Shown: piece after piece, positions 51,860-61,726 of the stretch
Numbering within the stretch: the first letter of the stretch is position 1
How the letters are laid out: each line of letters opens with the position of its first letter
NCBI GenBank assembly: GCA_963746295.1
Contig: CAVVAQ010000028.1
Location: 1 to 64,000 of the forward strand
DNA from: an uncultured Nitrospira sp.
Lineage (GTDB): Bacteria > Nitrospirota > Thermodesulfovibrionia > Thermodesulfovibrionales > UBA6898
Direction: 5' to 3'
DNA: 64,000 nt
Program-made: the position numbers and the translations under genes
The notes under the pieces: model-generated
Seen by the model: only the letters and a program-made list of their open reading frames with translations
What the model was told of the DNA's origin: nothing
Database searches by the model: none

Positions 51860-53194
51860 GTGAAAAAGCATCTGAATCCGGCCAGGACGCTGATACTCGG
51901 TTTTCTTGCCATTATCACGATCGGCAGCGTTCTCCTCATGATGCCCTTTTCAACAGTCAACAGCATATCTGCTGTTGATGCGGTTTTTACCGCTACTTCC
52001 GCGGTATGTGTGACCGGACTGATTGTAAAGGACACTCCGCAGGACTTCACGACAACCGGACAGATAATCATCATGCTCCTGATACAGCTTGGCGGACTCG
52101 GGTATATGACGTCCGCCACGATCATCGCGCTCGTAATCGGCAAGAAGATCGGACTCGGCGAAAGACTGATCATGAAACAGGCGCTGAATGTCCTGAATCT
52201 TGAGGGACTCGTGCGTTTTACAAGAGCGGTATTATTCGTGACTCTGATCTGTGAATTTACCGGAGCTCTGCTCCTGAGCCTCCGCTTTATGAAAGACTAT
52301 GCGATGCCTGAGGCGGTCTATTACGGGATATTTCATTCTGTATCTGCCTTTAATAACGCAGGATTCAGCCTCTTTTCAGACAATCTGATGCAGTACCGTG
52401 GTGACCTGACCGTCAATCTTGTCATATCCACGTTAATTATCATCGGGGGGATCGGGTTTATTGTGATAAGCGAACTCTATAATTACTGGAAGAAAAAAGT
52501 TTTCCGGATTTCTGTCCATACCAGGCTTGTGCTGACAACAACCATTTTCCTTATCCTCACCGGGTCTGTTCTGGTTTATTTTTTCGAACATTCCAACCCG
52601 CATACGTTTCAGGATTTTTCTCTGAAAGAGAAAATATTATCGTCCTATTTCGCGTCCGTATCACCGAGGACCGCGGGGTTCAATACACTCGACTACTCCG
52701 CGATGAGGTTAGAGACCCTCTTTCTTACTATTATTCTGATGTTCATCGGCGCGTCACCCGGCAGCACAGGCGGAGGGATAAAAACTACGGTGTTCGCGAT
52801 CATATTAGTGAGTCTGGCCTCCATCATCAGAAATATGAGGGACACCGTCATTTTTAAGAGAAGGATCCCAATTGAGACTGTATCCAAAGCGCATCTGCTT
52901 GTTATGCTCGCGCTCATTTTTGTTATAATTATGTCATTAGTAATCATTAGACTTGAAAATACGACGTATATGAAAGCCATGTTTGAGGTTACCTCGGCAT
53001 TTGGGACAGTCGGCCTCTCTATTGGTGACGGCGGGGTCAGGAGTCTGTCTGCGATATTTTCGCCTGTCGGCAAGCTCCTGATAAGCTTTGCGATGTTTGC
53101 GGGAAGACTCGGCCCCTTGACACTCGCAATAGCCCTTGTCAGCAGGAAGGAAGAGATGTTCAGGTATCCGGAAGGGAATGTTATCATAGGATGA
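51860..53194 (+). CDS. ktrB: Ktr/Trk K+ uptake membrane subunit
   Basis: Four pore loops: SAVCVTGL, SAFNNAGF, PRTAGF and SAFGTVGLS. Confidence 0.93.
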   Translation: MKKHLNPARTLILGFLAIITIGSVLLMMPFSTVNSISAVDAVFTATSAVCVTGLIVKDTPQDFTTTGQIIIMLLIQLGGLGYMTSATIIALVIGKKIGLGERLIMKQALNVLNLEGLVRFTRAVLFVTLICEFTGALLLSLRFMKDYAMPEAVYYGIFHSVSAFNNAGFSLFSDNLMQYRGDLTVNLVISTLIIIGGIGFIVISELYNYWKKKVFRISVHTRLVLTTTIFLILTGSVLVYFFEHSNPHTFQDFSLKEKILSSYFASVSPRTAGFNTLDYSAMRLETLFLTIILMFIGASPGSTGGGIKTTVFAIILVSLASIIRNMRDTVIFKRRIPIETVSKAHLLVMLALIFVIIMSLVIIRLENTTYMKAMFEVTSAFGTVGLSIGDGGVRSLSAIFSPVGKLLISFAMFAGRLGPLTLAIALVSRKEEMFRYPEGNVIIG

Positions 53195-53856
53195 AAAAAC
53201 AATATGCTGTTATCGGTCTCGGAAGGTTCGGCTATTCCATCGCCAAGACGCTCGCTATGCATAACTGCGAGGTCATAGCCATTGACAAGGACGAAGAGCG
53301 CGTTAAAAAAATGAGTGATTTCGTGACGTATGCGGTTCAGCTTGAGGCCATGGACGAGAAATCGCTTCGTTCCTTGGGCGTGCAGAATGTTGATACGGCG
53401 GTGGTCAGCATTGGTGAGAATCTTGAGGCAAGCATCCTCGTTGTAATGATTTTAAAGGAGATGGGAGTAAAGTACATTATCGCAAAGGCGGTAACCCGTC
53501 TTCATGGAAAAGTCCTTGAAAATCTCGGGGTTGATAAGGTCGTATACCCTGAAAGGGACATGGCAATCAGGGTGGCGCACACTCTTATCCATCCGAACAT
53601 CATCGAACAACTCGAACTTTCACCGGAGTATAGCATCATTGAACTCCCTGCCCCTGATAATCTGGTGGGCAAATCACTGAAAGAGACGAGACTGCGATCA
53701 CAATATGGCGCCAATCTGATAGCGATAAAGAGAAAAGTAGTAGAGAATGGCATCACTCAGGAACAATGGAACGTAAATCCAAACCCAACTGACATGATTT
53801 ATAAAGATGATCTGCTTGTCCTGGTTGGCCGCAACGAAGATCTCGAAAAATTCTGA
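53191..53856 (+). CDS. ktrA: Ktr/Trk K+ uptake RCK subunit
   Basis: VIGLGRFG, VVYPERDMA and a TrkA-C domain. Confidence 0.93.
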   Translation: MKKQYAVIGLGRFGYSIAKTLAMHNCEVIAIDKDEERVKKMSDFVTYAVQLEAMDEKSLRSLGVQNVDTAVVSIGENLEASILVVMILKEMGVKYIIAKAVTRLHGKVLENLGVDKVVYPERDMAIRVAHTLIHPNIIEQLELSPEYSIIELPAPDNLVGKSLKETRLRSQYGANLIAIKRKVVENGITQEQWNVNPNPTDMIYKDDLLVLVGRNEDLEKF

Positions 53857-53963
53857 ACATTTTGTTTAAAGCAGTCAGATATTAAAACTTCAAGTTATAC
53901 ATAATGTTAAGCAACTTAACTATTTGATATTAAAACATTTAAACTACCAAGCAAAAGTTGTTC

Positions 53964-56900
53964 TCATTTTGCCTTCACTTCTGTCTCTACCGTCATCTCT
54001 TCATTGTTTCTCAAAAATGTTATTGTTATCTTTGATCCGGCAGTAAGTGATTTGAGGACAGCAGAAAACTCCTTAAGGCTGTTTATTGGCTCCGAGTTTA
54101 TCCTGACTATCACATCTCCCTCCTTCAGACCGCAGGAGTCTGCGGGTGAATCTGGCATAACCCCGGAAATTCGGCATCCTCTGCCGCTGTATGCAAAATC
54201 AGGAAGCGTTCCGAGACTGACCTTTCTGTCATGACCTGATGTCGAAACAGTTTTTTCTTTTGGATGTGTCATGTCCGCCAACAGCCCTTCCCTGCCTGCC
54301 AGATACTCAATGACTTCCTTAGCAACAAGGGCAACCTTCTCAAGTCCTTCAGCATCAATCTTGTCAGGAGTATCGCCGGGTCGATGATAATCCGTATGCG
54401 GACCGGTAAACAGCTGAACAGCAGGCACACCAGCGGCTTCGAAACTGCGCTGGTCGCTTGAGTCGAGTTCTTCAGAAACCGTTTCAATCTCAACACCGGT
54501 GACAAAAGAGGCCCCCCTGAAGATATGCACCCATTCTCTGGCCGAGCCAGCGCCGATAAGCAACAGTTTTTTCTTGCCAAGACGTCCGACCGTGTCCAGG
54601 TTCAGCATGCCGATACATTTTTCCACTGGATACTGCTGCTGGTTGGCAACATAGTATTCAGAACCTCTCTTCCCGGCCTCTTCTCCGGTAAAGGCCACAA
54701 ACACGATGCTCCGGTCCGGCTCAGGATTTCTCCTGAGTTCCCTCGCAAGTTCGATGAGCAATGCCACTCCGCTTGCATTGTCATCAGCACCGGGATGGAT
54801 TTTCCCCTTATTCTCGCCTCTCACATCCGGCCAGCCAAGACCAAGATGGTCATAATGGGCCCCGATTACTACACTCTGTCCGGAAAATTCGGACTTCTTC
54901 CCGGGAATGACTCCTATTACGTTCTTCATACTTACTCTCTGCCCGAGGCCTTTGATTTCCTCTTCCCATGTCTGGAAGTAGCTCCCCTGATCGTCTCCTG
55001 CCGGCTTCAACCCTGCCTCCCTGAACTTTTCCGCAATATAATCCGCTGCACGGTCTAGTCCCTCTGTGCCGAGCCCCCTTCCGGAAAGGGTGGTTTTCGA
55101 AAGATATTCGATCGTCCCGACCATCCGGTCTTTTGAGAAGACCGCTGGCAGGACAGCAAGAGGGGCCCTTACGAAAAGCGATCCCATCTCTTTTTTCGGA
55201 ATGGTCCCATCGTCATAAGGGATGAACGCAGCCATTGGTGAATCGACAACAGGCCACCGCCCCTTGATAATATTTGCCGGTTCATCACCTTCGAAAACAA
55301 GGTAGCTGTATTTATGGTAATGGGGGAGTTTCCGTCCAAGGCCGGAAAGTGCTTCAGGCAGTCCTGTAGCGATAAACATCACAGCCATTTTTTTCTGTCC
55401 GGGATGCCTTCCGGTGAGTACTACCGAATATTCTTTTCCTGCCAACTCCGTCTTACTGATTCTGAAGTTTTTTTGATCAAACACCAGATCATATCCCGCC
55501 AGCGCAGACTTCACAGAATCCAGCAGCCGGTTCTCCCAGCCCAGGATAGCGACGCTACGGTCAGAAGGGAGCTCCTTTATCTCGTTATCAAGTTTCACCT
55601 CCACCTCATCAGGCCCTGATTTCCCCAAGGCCACTGCAAGCTCCAGATAAGCATGCGACATGGTTTTCTCTGCTGAGGATGGCATCACTACGAGCATTTT
55701 TTTTGCTCCCAGCGCCTGTGATATCGCAGGAGGGATTTCGCCGGGATCAAGCCTGCGGAAAAGATCAAACTCAGGATCGAGATCGACCCTGACCGGACGG
55801 GAAGGCAGGTGATAATTCAGCGTAACATTCTTATTGTTCATTTTACCGATCGTCTGCCACGCCTTTGACTCTCCTTCCATAGTAACAGCAACCGGTATCT
55901 GTAAAGAATAAACGGTATCAGTATTGACCTGCTCTATGTCTATGGAGAGGCTGTATCCCCCTGCTTCTTTTTCTGATTTTGCATTGACTAATCTGATCAT
56001 TGGAGCGCCCTGCCGTTTCACCCACTGATCAAATTCAGTCCCAAGTATTTTTTGTGACACCCCTTCAAAGCTTTTTCTGAGATCATCGAAAGAGGCAAAA
56101 CGGTATTTATTTTTACGGTAGAAGTCCTGTAGCCCGGCGACAAAAGTCCTGTCTCCCAGTTCCTGCCTCAGCATATGAAAAAACATGAGAGACTTGCCGT
56201 AGCCTATCGCCTCGGAAGAGGCGCTGTGGCGCGACCTGAATTCAGTGAGGGAAAAATCCCGGTCACTGAGAACGTAATCCGCATACTTCTGGAGGGTGGT
56301 CTGTCGATATTCCGCAGCGCTGCTCTGCTGCTCTCTCATGAGATGATCGGACAAATAGGCTGTCAGGCCCTCTGACCAGTTTCCCCTCCTGTAGTCCGGG
56401 AACACACTGTTTCCCCACCAGTTATGGAGTATTTCATGCGGATAGGAAGTATTAATAATGAACGGAAGACGAATGACCGTAGGCCCGAGGAGAGTAAAGG
56501 ACGGCATTCCGAACCCGGTTTCCCAGAAATTTTCTACGAGGGCGAATTTCTTATAGGGATAAGGTCCGATGAGTTTATCATACAGCGAGATGTATCTGGA
56601 CGTTGCCTCAAGATATTTGTTCGCCAGCGCATCATCCGGTGTCCGCAGAAAAGCCATCGCAGTTACCTGAGCGTTGTGCCTGAGATACTCAGTGAACCGG
56701 GAAGCTATGAGATATATCTCTTCCTGCGGTTCAGGAGACTCCCAGCGGACAATGGTCTTGCCCTCGCCTTTACAGATGCTCTGTGCGTTTCCCCTGGCTG
56801 ACCACGTCCCATTCAGAAGGAAGCACTACGTGAAGGTCAAAGGTGACGAGCGCGGCATCTGTCACCGGATACCAGTATGAATCTCCGGAAAGAAATACTC

Positions 56901-57327
56901 CCTCGTCTGAAATAATACCCGGGGTCTGCCTGATTCCCCGGGCCTGCTCATTGCCATACGTCTCTAAAGGGTGGTTGATGCTCCCCTCATATTCGAGCCT
57001 GAAGCTCTGGAGTCTGTCCGGAAGTAATACTCTGAACGATTCAGGAAGGTCTTTGCCCTGCCTGTCAGTGTCTCTGCTGATAATCACGCCCGGTGTTGAT
57101 GACACAGGTACGAGTCCCCGGTGGAGAAAAAAATGAAATTCCCGCGGGGCGTTGTCAGAAACCGTAATTGTATCTTTTACCGATATACGGTGTTCAACCG
57201 GAAAGAGCATGACCTCAAGGGAATGGTTGATTCGCTCGTTTGCCTGCATCGTGTCACCGGCACGCAGCACTAACGGAAAGAAAATCAGTGTAAAAATTAT
57301 AAACAAAAGACTGAAATAATTTCTCAT
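53964..57327 (-). CDS. Secreted M1 aminopeptidase - M28 peptidase - PDZ fusion (frameshift ~56770)
   Basis: Signal peptide; M1 HEILH...SEGLT; M28 AHYDHLG, GADDNASG, GEE and YHRP.D; C-terminal PDZ SLGTLPDF...DSPA...GL.EGDVI. Confidence 0.88.
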
Positions 57328-57385
57328 CCTCCATCCTGCAATTCAAAATATATCATTCATAATTCTTCGTAAATACATAAATCAT

Positions 57386-58450
57386 CTATTCAACCCAGTC
57401 CGCGATAAAGATATCCGTAGCACGCGGTTTTTCCGGGTTTCTGTTCGACCCAAAGGCGAGTTTCCTGCCGTCAGGCGAAAACATGGGGAAACTGTCAAAG
57501 GTATTGTTAACGGTGATCCGTTCAAGCCCTGTACCGTCGCTATTTATCATATAGAGCTCAAAATTATGACCGAATTTATTGATGTCTTCATGCCAGTCAT
57601 CCATATTGCTTGAAAAGATAATCCGCTTTCCGTCAGGATGCCAGGAGGGCGCCCAATTCGTAGCTCTGTTACGGGTGAGCCTCACCTTGTTTGACCCATC
57701 GGAATCCATTACCCAGATATCCAGGGGGACTGAGACGATGTAGTTTTTTTCCATACACTCTCTCCAGAGTACTTTTTCTGAATCAGTCTCTGGATACCAC
57801 GCCCGCCACGCTATCTTTTTACCGTCAGGAGAAAACCATGGGCCGCCGTCATATCCGATCCTGTCCGTCAGGCGCTTCACCCCTGAGCCGTCAGCATTCA
57901 TTATATAGATGTCGAAATCCCCGTCTCTTTGCGAACCAAAAACAATCTGTCCGCCGTCAGAAGACACGACGGGCTCTGCGTCATAGTTAGGGTTGTCCGT
58001 AATCTTCCTGAGGCCGGTCCCATCTGAATTCGCGACAAAGATATCATAGGGATAAAGCGGCCAGACATATCCAGGGGGAAGCGCTGTTTTCTCAGGGCAA
58101 TCGCCGGGAATATGGTTAGTTGAGGCAAAGACTATTTTTTTATTGTCAGGGAAAAAGAACGAACAGGTATTTGCACCATGGTCAGGGCTAACCATTTTTT
58201 TCTCAGTGCCGTCAATATTCATGGTCCAAATCTTGTCGCACTTATAATCGTTCCTGTTGGATTGGTAGATAAGCTTCCTGCTGTCCCAGCTAAAGTATGC
58301 CTCACCGTTGTCTCCATCAAAGGTGAGCTGCGTAATATTTTTCATATGGCGGTCTTCCGAATAGTACTGGATGTTCTTCGCTCCTGCGTTATTGTACGCG
58401 CATCCTGTGAAAAAAATGATTGCGCACAGCAAGATTAATCTCAGGTCCAT
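57386..58450 (-). CDS. TolB-like PD40 beta-propeller lipoprotein
   Basis: Lipobox FTGC; repeated FSPDGK/WHPDGK...M..DG....LT units. Confidence 0.88.
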   Translation of the reverse strand: MDLRLILLCAIIFFTGCAYNNAGAKNIQYYSEDRHMKNITQLTFDGDNGEAYFSWDSRKLIYQSNRNDYKCDKIWTMNIDGTEKKMVSPDHGANTCSFFFPDNKKIVFASTNHIPGDCPEKTALPPGYVWPLYPYDIFVANSDGTGLRKITDNPNYDAEPVVSSDGGQIVFGSQRDGDFDIYIMNADGSGVKRLTDRIGYDGGPWFSPDGKKIAWRAWYPETDSEKVLWRECMEKNYIVSVPLDIWVMDSDGSNKVRLTRNRATNWAPSWHPDGKRIIFSSNMDDWHEDINKFGHNFELYMINSDGTGLERITVNNTFDSFPMFSPDGRKLAFGSNRNPEKPRATDIFIADWVE

Positions 58451-58773
58451 GTTTCATCCTCCCTGCAAACGAACGGAATATCCTGACCAGACGACTATCT
58501 TTTACGTTACCCTGTTCTTGTTTTTATTTCAATAAGAAGGCATTTTCAGGGCATTTGCAGACCGGCAGTTCAGGCTCCGACAGTGGCTTAGCGAGGCCTT
58601 TACCGATCAGATCATTGAGAGGCTGGAGAACTGCTTCGGAAAGAAAAATGCGTCCGCCTGCTGATTTTTCTCCTTTTTTCTCCGCTCAAATGAATGTTCG
58701 AGCAGAACAAAAATCTTTAACTCGGTATCCAGGAAAATGATTTCTGACCGTCGCAAGCCCACGAACTTTCCAT

Positions 58774-58802
58774 TTGACAAACGTCATATATTGCCATATA
58801 GT
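58774..58802 (+). promoter_or_regulatory. Near-consensus sigma70 promoter of aor
   Basis: TTGACA-N17-TATAGT, giving a ~110-nt 5' leader. Confidence 0.7.
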
Positions 58803-58920
58803 TTTAATTATAGATCTCTATAACCCTCGTTCATAGATTGTAAAGGCTGGTAGAGGAAGCCGTCCGGAGAAACCATAGAGACATTCGTCAGAAAGAATCT
58901 GTAAAGAATGGGAGGAAATT

Positions 58921-60657
58921 ATGGATAAGATTCTGAGAATCGATGTGGGAGCCGAAGGTGGCCCCAAGGCGACAACAGTGCCGGTTGGTGAATACGCCGG
59001 TCTGGGAGGCAGGTCGCTGACTTCAGCGATGATTTCTAAGGAAGTCCCTCCGTTATGCCATCCTCTGGGGGCGGAAAACAAGCTGGTCATTGCACCCGGC
59101 CTCCTGAGCGGGACAGCCGGCGCCCAGACGGGCCGGATCTCGGTGGGCTGCAAGAGCCCGCTTACCGGAGGCATCAAGGAGGCGAATTCCGGAGGACAGC
59201 CTTCCCAGGTCCTGGCGCGACTTGGATACAATGCTCTTGTGCTTGAAGGAAAGCCAAAGAGTGACGACCTCTACAAGGTTTTTATCAACAAGGACGGGAT
59301 CAAGATCACCAAGGACAACAGCCTCAAGATGCTCCCCAACTACGACCTTGTCGAGAAGATGAAGAAGGAGTACGGCGACAAGATCTGCTGCATCTCGATC
59401 GGACCTGCCGGCGAGATGAAGATGGGCGCCGCGACCATCGCATTCACCGACATGGAATTGCGGCCGACCCGCCATGCCGGACGCGGCGGGGTCGGAGCGG
59501 TCATGGGCTCCAAGAACATCAAGGTCATTGTCCTTGATGACAGCGGTATGCCGGTGCGGGCGGCAAAAGACCCGGAGAAATTCAGAGATGCCAACAAGAG
59601 GTTCGTCAACGGTCTTAAGAGTCACCCGGTCACCGGCCAGGGCCTGCCCGCCTTCGGCACGAACGTGCTGACGAACATCCTGAATGAGGTGGGAGGCTAT
59701 CCTACCTATAACTTCAAACAGGGCCGCTTCGATGGCGCAGCCAAAATCAGCGGCGAGACACAGGCTGAAACCGAGACAAAGCGCGGGGCAAATCCGACCC
59801 ACGGCTGTCACCGCGGCTGCGTCATCCAGTGCTCGGGCACATACAACGACAAGGACGGCCACTTCCTCACCAAGCAGCCTGAGTACGAGACCGTCTGGGC
59901 CCACGGCGGGAACTGCGGCATCAGCGACCTTGACAAGATCGCCATGATGGACTTCCTGGATGACAACTACGGTATCGACACGATCGAGATGGGCGCAACC
60001 ATCGGCGTTGCGATGGAGGCTGGTCTCATCAAATTCGGCGATGCAGATGCCGCGATCGAACTGGTACATGAAGTCGGCAAAGGTACGCACCTCGGCAGGA
60101 TCCTCGGAAACGGCGCCGCCATGACCGGCAAGGCCTTCGGCGTCGAGCGAGTCCCGGTGGTGAAGGGCCAGGCCATGCCTGCCTACGATCCCCGCGCGGT
60201 CCAGGGAATCGGCGTCACCTATGCCACGAGCCCCATGGGGGCCGACCACACCGCAGGGTACGCAGTAGCCCAGAACGTGCTGAAGGTCGGTGGCGATGTG
60301 AACGCGCTCAAGCCCGAGGGGCAGGTCGAACTCTCGAGAAACCTCCAGATCGCGACCGCGGCGATCGATTCCACCGGCATGTGCCTCTTCATCGCCTTCG
60401 CGATCCTCGACCAGCCCGAGACCTTCCAGGCCATGCTCGACATGCTGAACGCCTTCTACGGCATGAACCTGACGGGCGACGGCGTGACCGAGCTGGGGAA
60501 GAAGGTCCTCAAGATGGAGCGGGACTTCAACAAGGCGGCAGGCTTCACCCCGCAGCATGATCGCCTGCCCGGCTACTTCAAGACCGAAAAGTTCGCTCCG
60601 CACAACGTGACCTTCGGCGTCACAGACGAGGACCTGGACAAGGTCTTCAACTGGTGA
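58921..60657 (+). CDS. aor: Aldehyde:ferredoxin oxidoreductase (tungsten AOR family)
   Basis: KSPLTGGIKEANSGG, AGRGGVGAVMGSK, CHRGCVIQC, PEYET, DNYGIDTI, AYDPR, GADH and DSTGMC. Confidence 0.95.
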   Translation: MDKILRIDVGAEGGPKATTVPVGEYAGLGGRSLTSAMISKEVPPLCHPLGAENKLVIAPGLLSGTAGAQTGRISVGCKSPLTGGIKEANSGGQPSQVLARLGYNALVLEGKPKSDDLYKVFINKDGIKITKDNSLKMLPNYDLVEKMKKEYGDKICCISIGPAGEMKMGAATIAFTDMELRPTRHAGRGGVGAVMGSKNIKVIVLDDSGMPVRAAKDPEKFRDANKRFVNGLKSHPVTGQGLPAFGTNVLTNILNEVGGYPTYNFKQGRFDGAAKISGETQAETETKRGANPTHGCHRGCVIQCSGTYNDKDGHFLTKQPEYETVWAHGGNCGISDLDKIAMMDFLDDNYGIDTIEMGATIGVAMEAGLIKFGDADAAIELVHEVGKGTHLGRILGNGAAMTGKAFGVERVPVVKGQAMPAYDPRAVQGIGVTYATSPMGADHTAGYAVAQNVLKVGGDVNALKPEGQVELSRNLQIATAAIDSTGMCLFIAFAILDQPETFQAMLDMLNAFYGMNLTGDGVTELGKKVLKMERDFNKAAGFTPQHDRLPGYFKTEKFAPHNVTFGVTDEDLDKVFNW

Positions 60658-60676
60658 CCCTGACAATATCTTTCAT

Positions 60677-60707
60677 AAAAAAGGAGAGACCCAGTCTCTC
60701 CTTTTTT
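60677..60707 (+). terminator. Intrinsic terminator after aor
   Basis: AAAAAAGGAGAGAC-CCA-GTCTCTCCTTTTTT. Confidence 0.88.
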
Positions 60708-60771
60708 ATATTATTCTCAGTAAGTGCGGGATACGTGGCCTGCTCTATGCCGAAAGGCCGGGGACGCTGAT

Positions 60772-61392
60772 ATGACAGATGGCCGAAGAGATATCGTCCC
60801 GTATTCTCATCTCGCGTTCATCGTAGACGAACCACTGGTCTCATACTTTTTTCTGCTTCTCCAGAGTGGGGTGACGGTCAGATCGCGCACCGGCTGCAGT
60901 GTTGGAGTATTTCTCCGGGAAGAGATCAAGGCAGGCAGCGATACCATTGAAAAGATACAGTCCATTATCCTTGATGGAAAGCCGGTCGATGACCTGGAAT
61001 CTGCTGTAATTAAAGACGGATCGACCCTCGCTCTCTCAGCCGCAATGCCCGGACTCGTGGGCGCAACTCTCAGACGGGGGGGGACATACTCCTCGTTTCG
61101 CAGCGCGATCACCTACCAGGAAACCAACGAAAAGGTTTTGCCTGGTGAAGGTTCAGTACAAATAAAACTCTTCAATCTCCTTATGGCCGAGTTGGGCCCT
61201 GCTCTGTTGCAAAAGGGAGTCATCATCACATCCGGAGATCTGCTGAATTTCGTTACCGGACAATCTGAGGATTTCTGGCAGGGATGCAGAAAGATCACTC
61301 TCGACAACAGGCCCATCGATGCCGAAGAACTGAAGGGTGCTGCATTGTCATCAGGGAAAGACCGGGTTTTTCTCACGGTATCAGCGGATTAA
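60772..61392 (+). CDS. AOR-associated hypothetical protein with internal ThiS/MoaD-like segment
   Basis: ILDGKPVDDLESAVIKDGSTLALSAAMPG resembles a beta-grasp C-half but lacks a terminal GG. Confidence 0.7.
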   Translation: MTDGRRDIVPYSHLAFIVDEPLVSYFFLLLQSGVTVRSRTGCSVGVFLREEIKAGSDTIEKIQSIILDGKPVDDLESAVIKDGSTLALSAAMPGLVGATLRRGGTYSSFRSAITYQETNEKVLPGEGSVQIKLFNLLMAELGPALLQKGVIITSGDLLNFVTGQSEDFWQGCRKITLDNRPIDAEELKGAALSSGKDRVFLTVSAD

Positions 61393-61426
61393 GCCAGGAT
61401 AATGATACTCCAGGCTGTAACTGACG

Positions 61427-61647
61427 CTACCCTCCTGCGATAGGCGGAAAGAGTGCAAGTTCGTCACCTTCCTTCAGGTGTATTGTGAAGGCCTGTGTTC
61501 TCCATTAACAATCCTGAGGAGTGCGATCTTCGGGATATTCAGGGAGTTTATGGCATCCTCGATCGTGGCGTTCTCAGGCAATTCAACCACCTGCTCATCC
61601 GGGCCGAATTTCCGCAACGACGCAAAAAGTTTAATCTTTACTTTCAT
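61427..61647 (-). CDS. moaD: MoaD/ThiS sulfur carrier (frameshift ~61478)
   Basis: MKVKIKLFASLR...IVNGE, then LKEGDELALFPPIAGG* in the shifted frame. Confidence 0.88.
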
Positions 61648-61726
61648 AGAAGGATTATACCAGACTTCCAAAAATAGCCGTACGCTTTGCTGAAATTACC
61701 TGCACCATCTGGGTTAAAATATAATC

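Noticed and set aside
53917..53929. IHF-like site TAACTATTTGATA between convergent genes
   Set aside because: Degenerate motif in AT-rich DNA with no promoter or recombination context.
59053..60666. 537-aa antisense ORF over aor (and 959..2167 over the CoA ligase)
   Set aside because: Shadow ORFs expected from strong GC3 codon bias; no recognisable motifs.
61474..61476. TGA in moaD as selenocysteine
   Set aside because: The conserved C-terminus (LKEGDELALFPPIAGG) lies in another frame, so this is an indel, not read-through.
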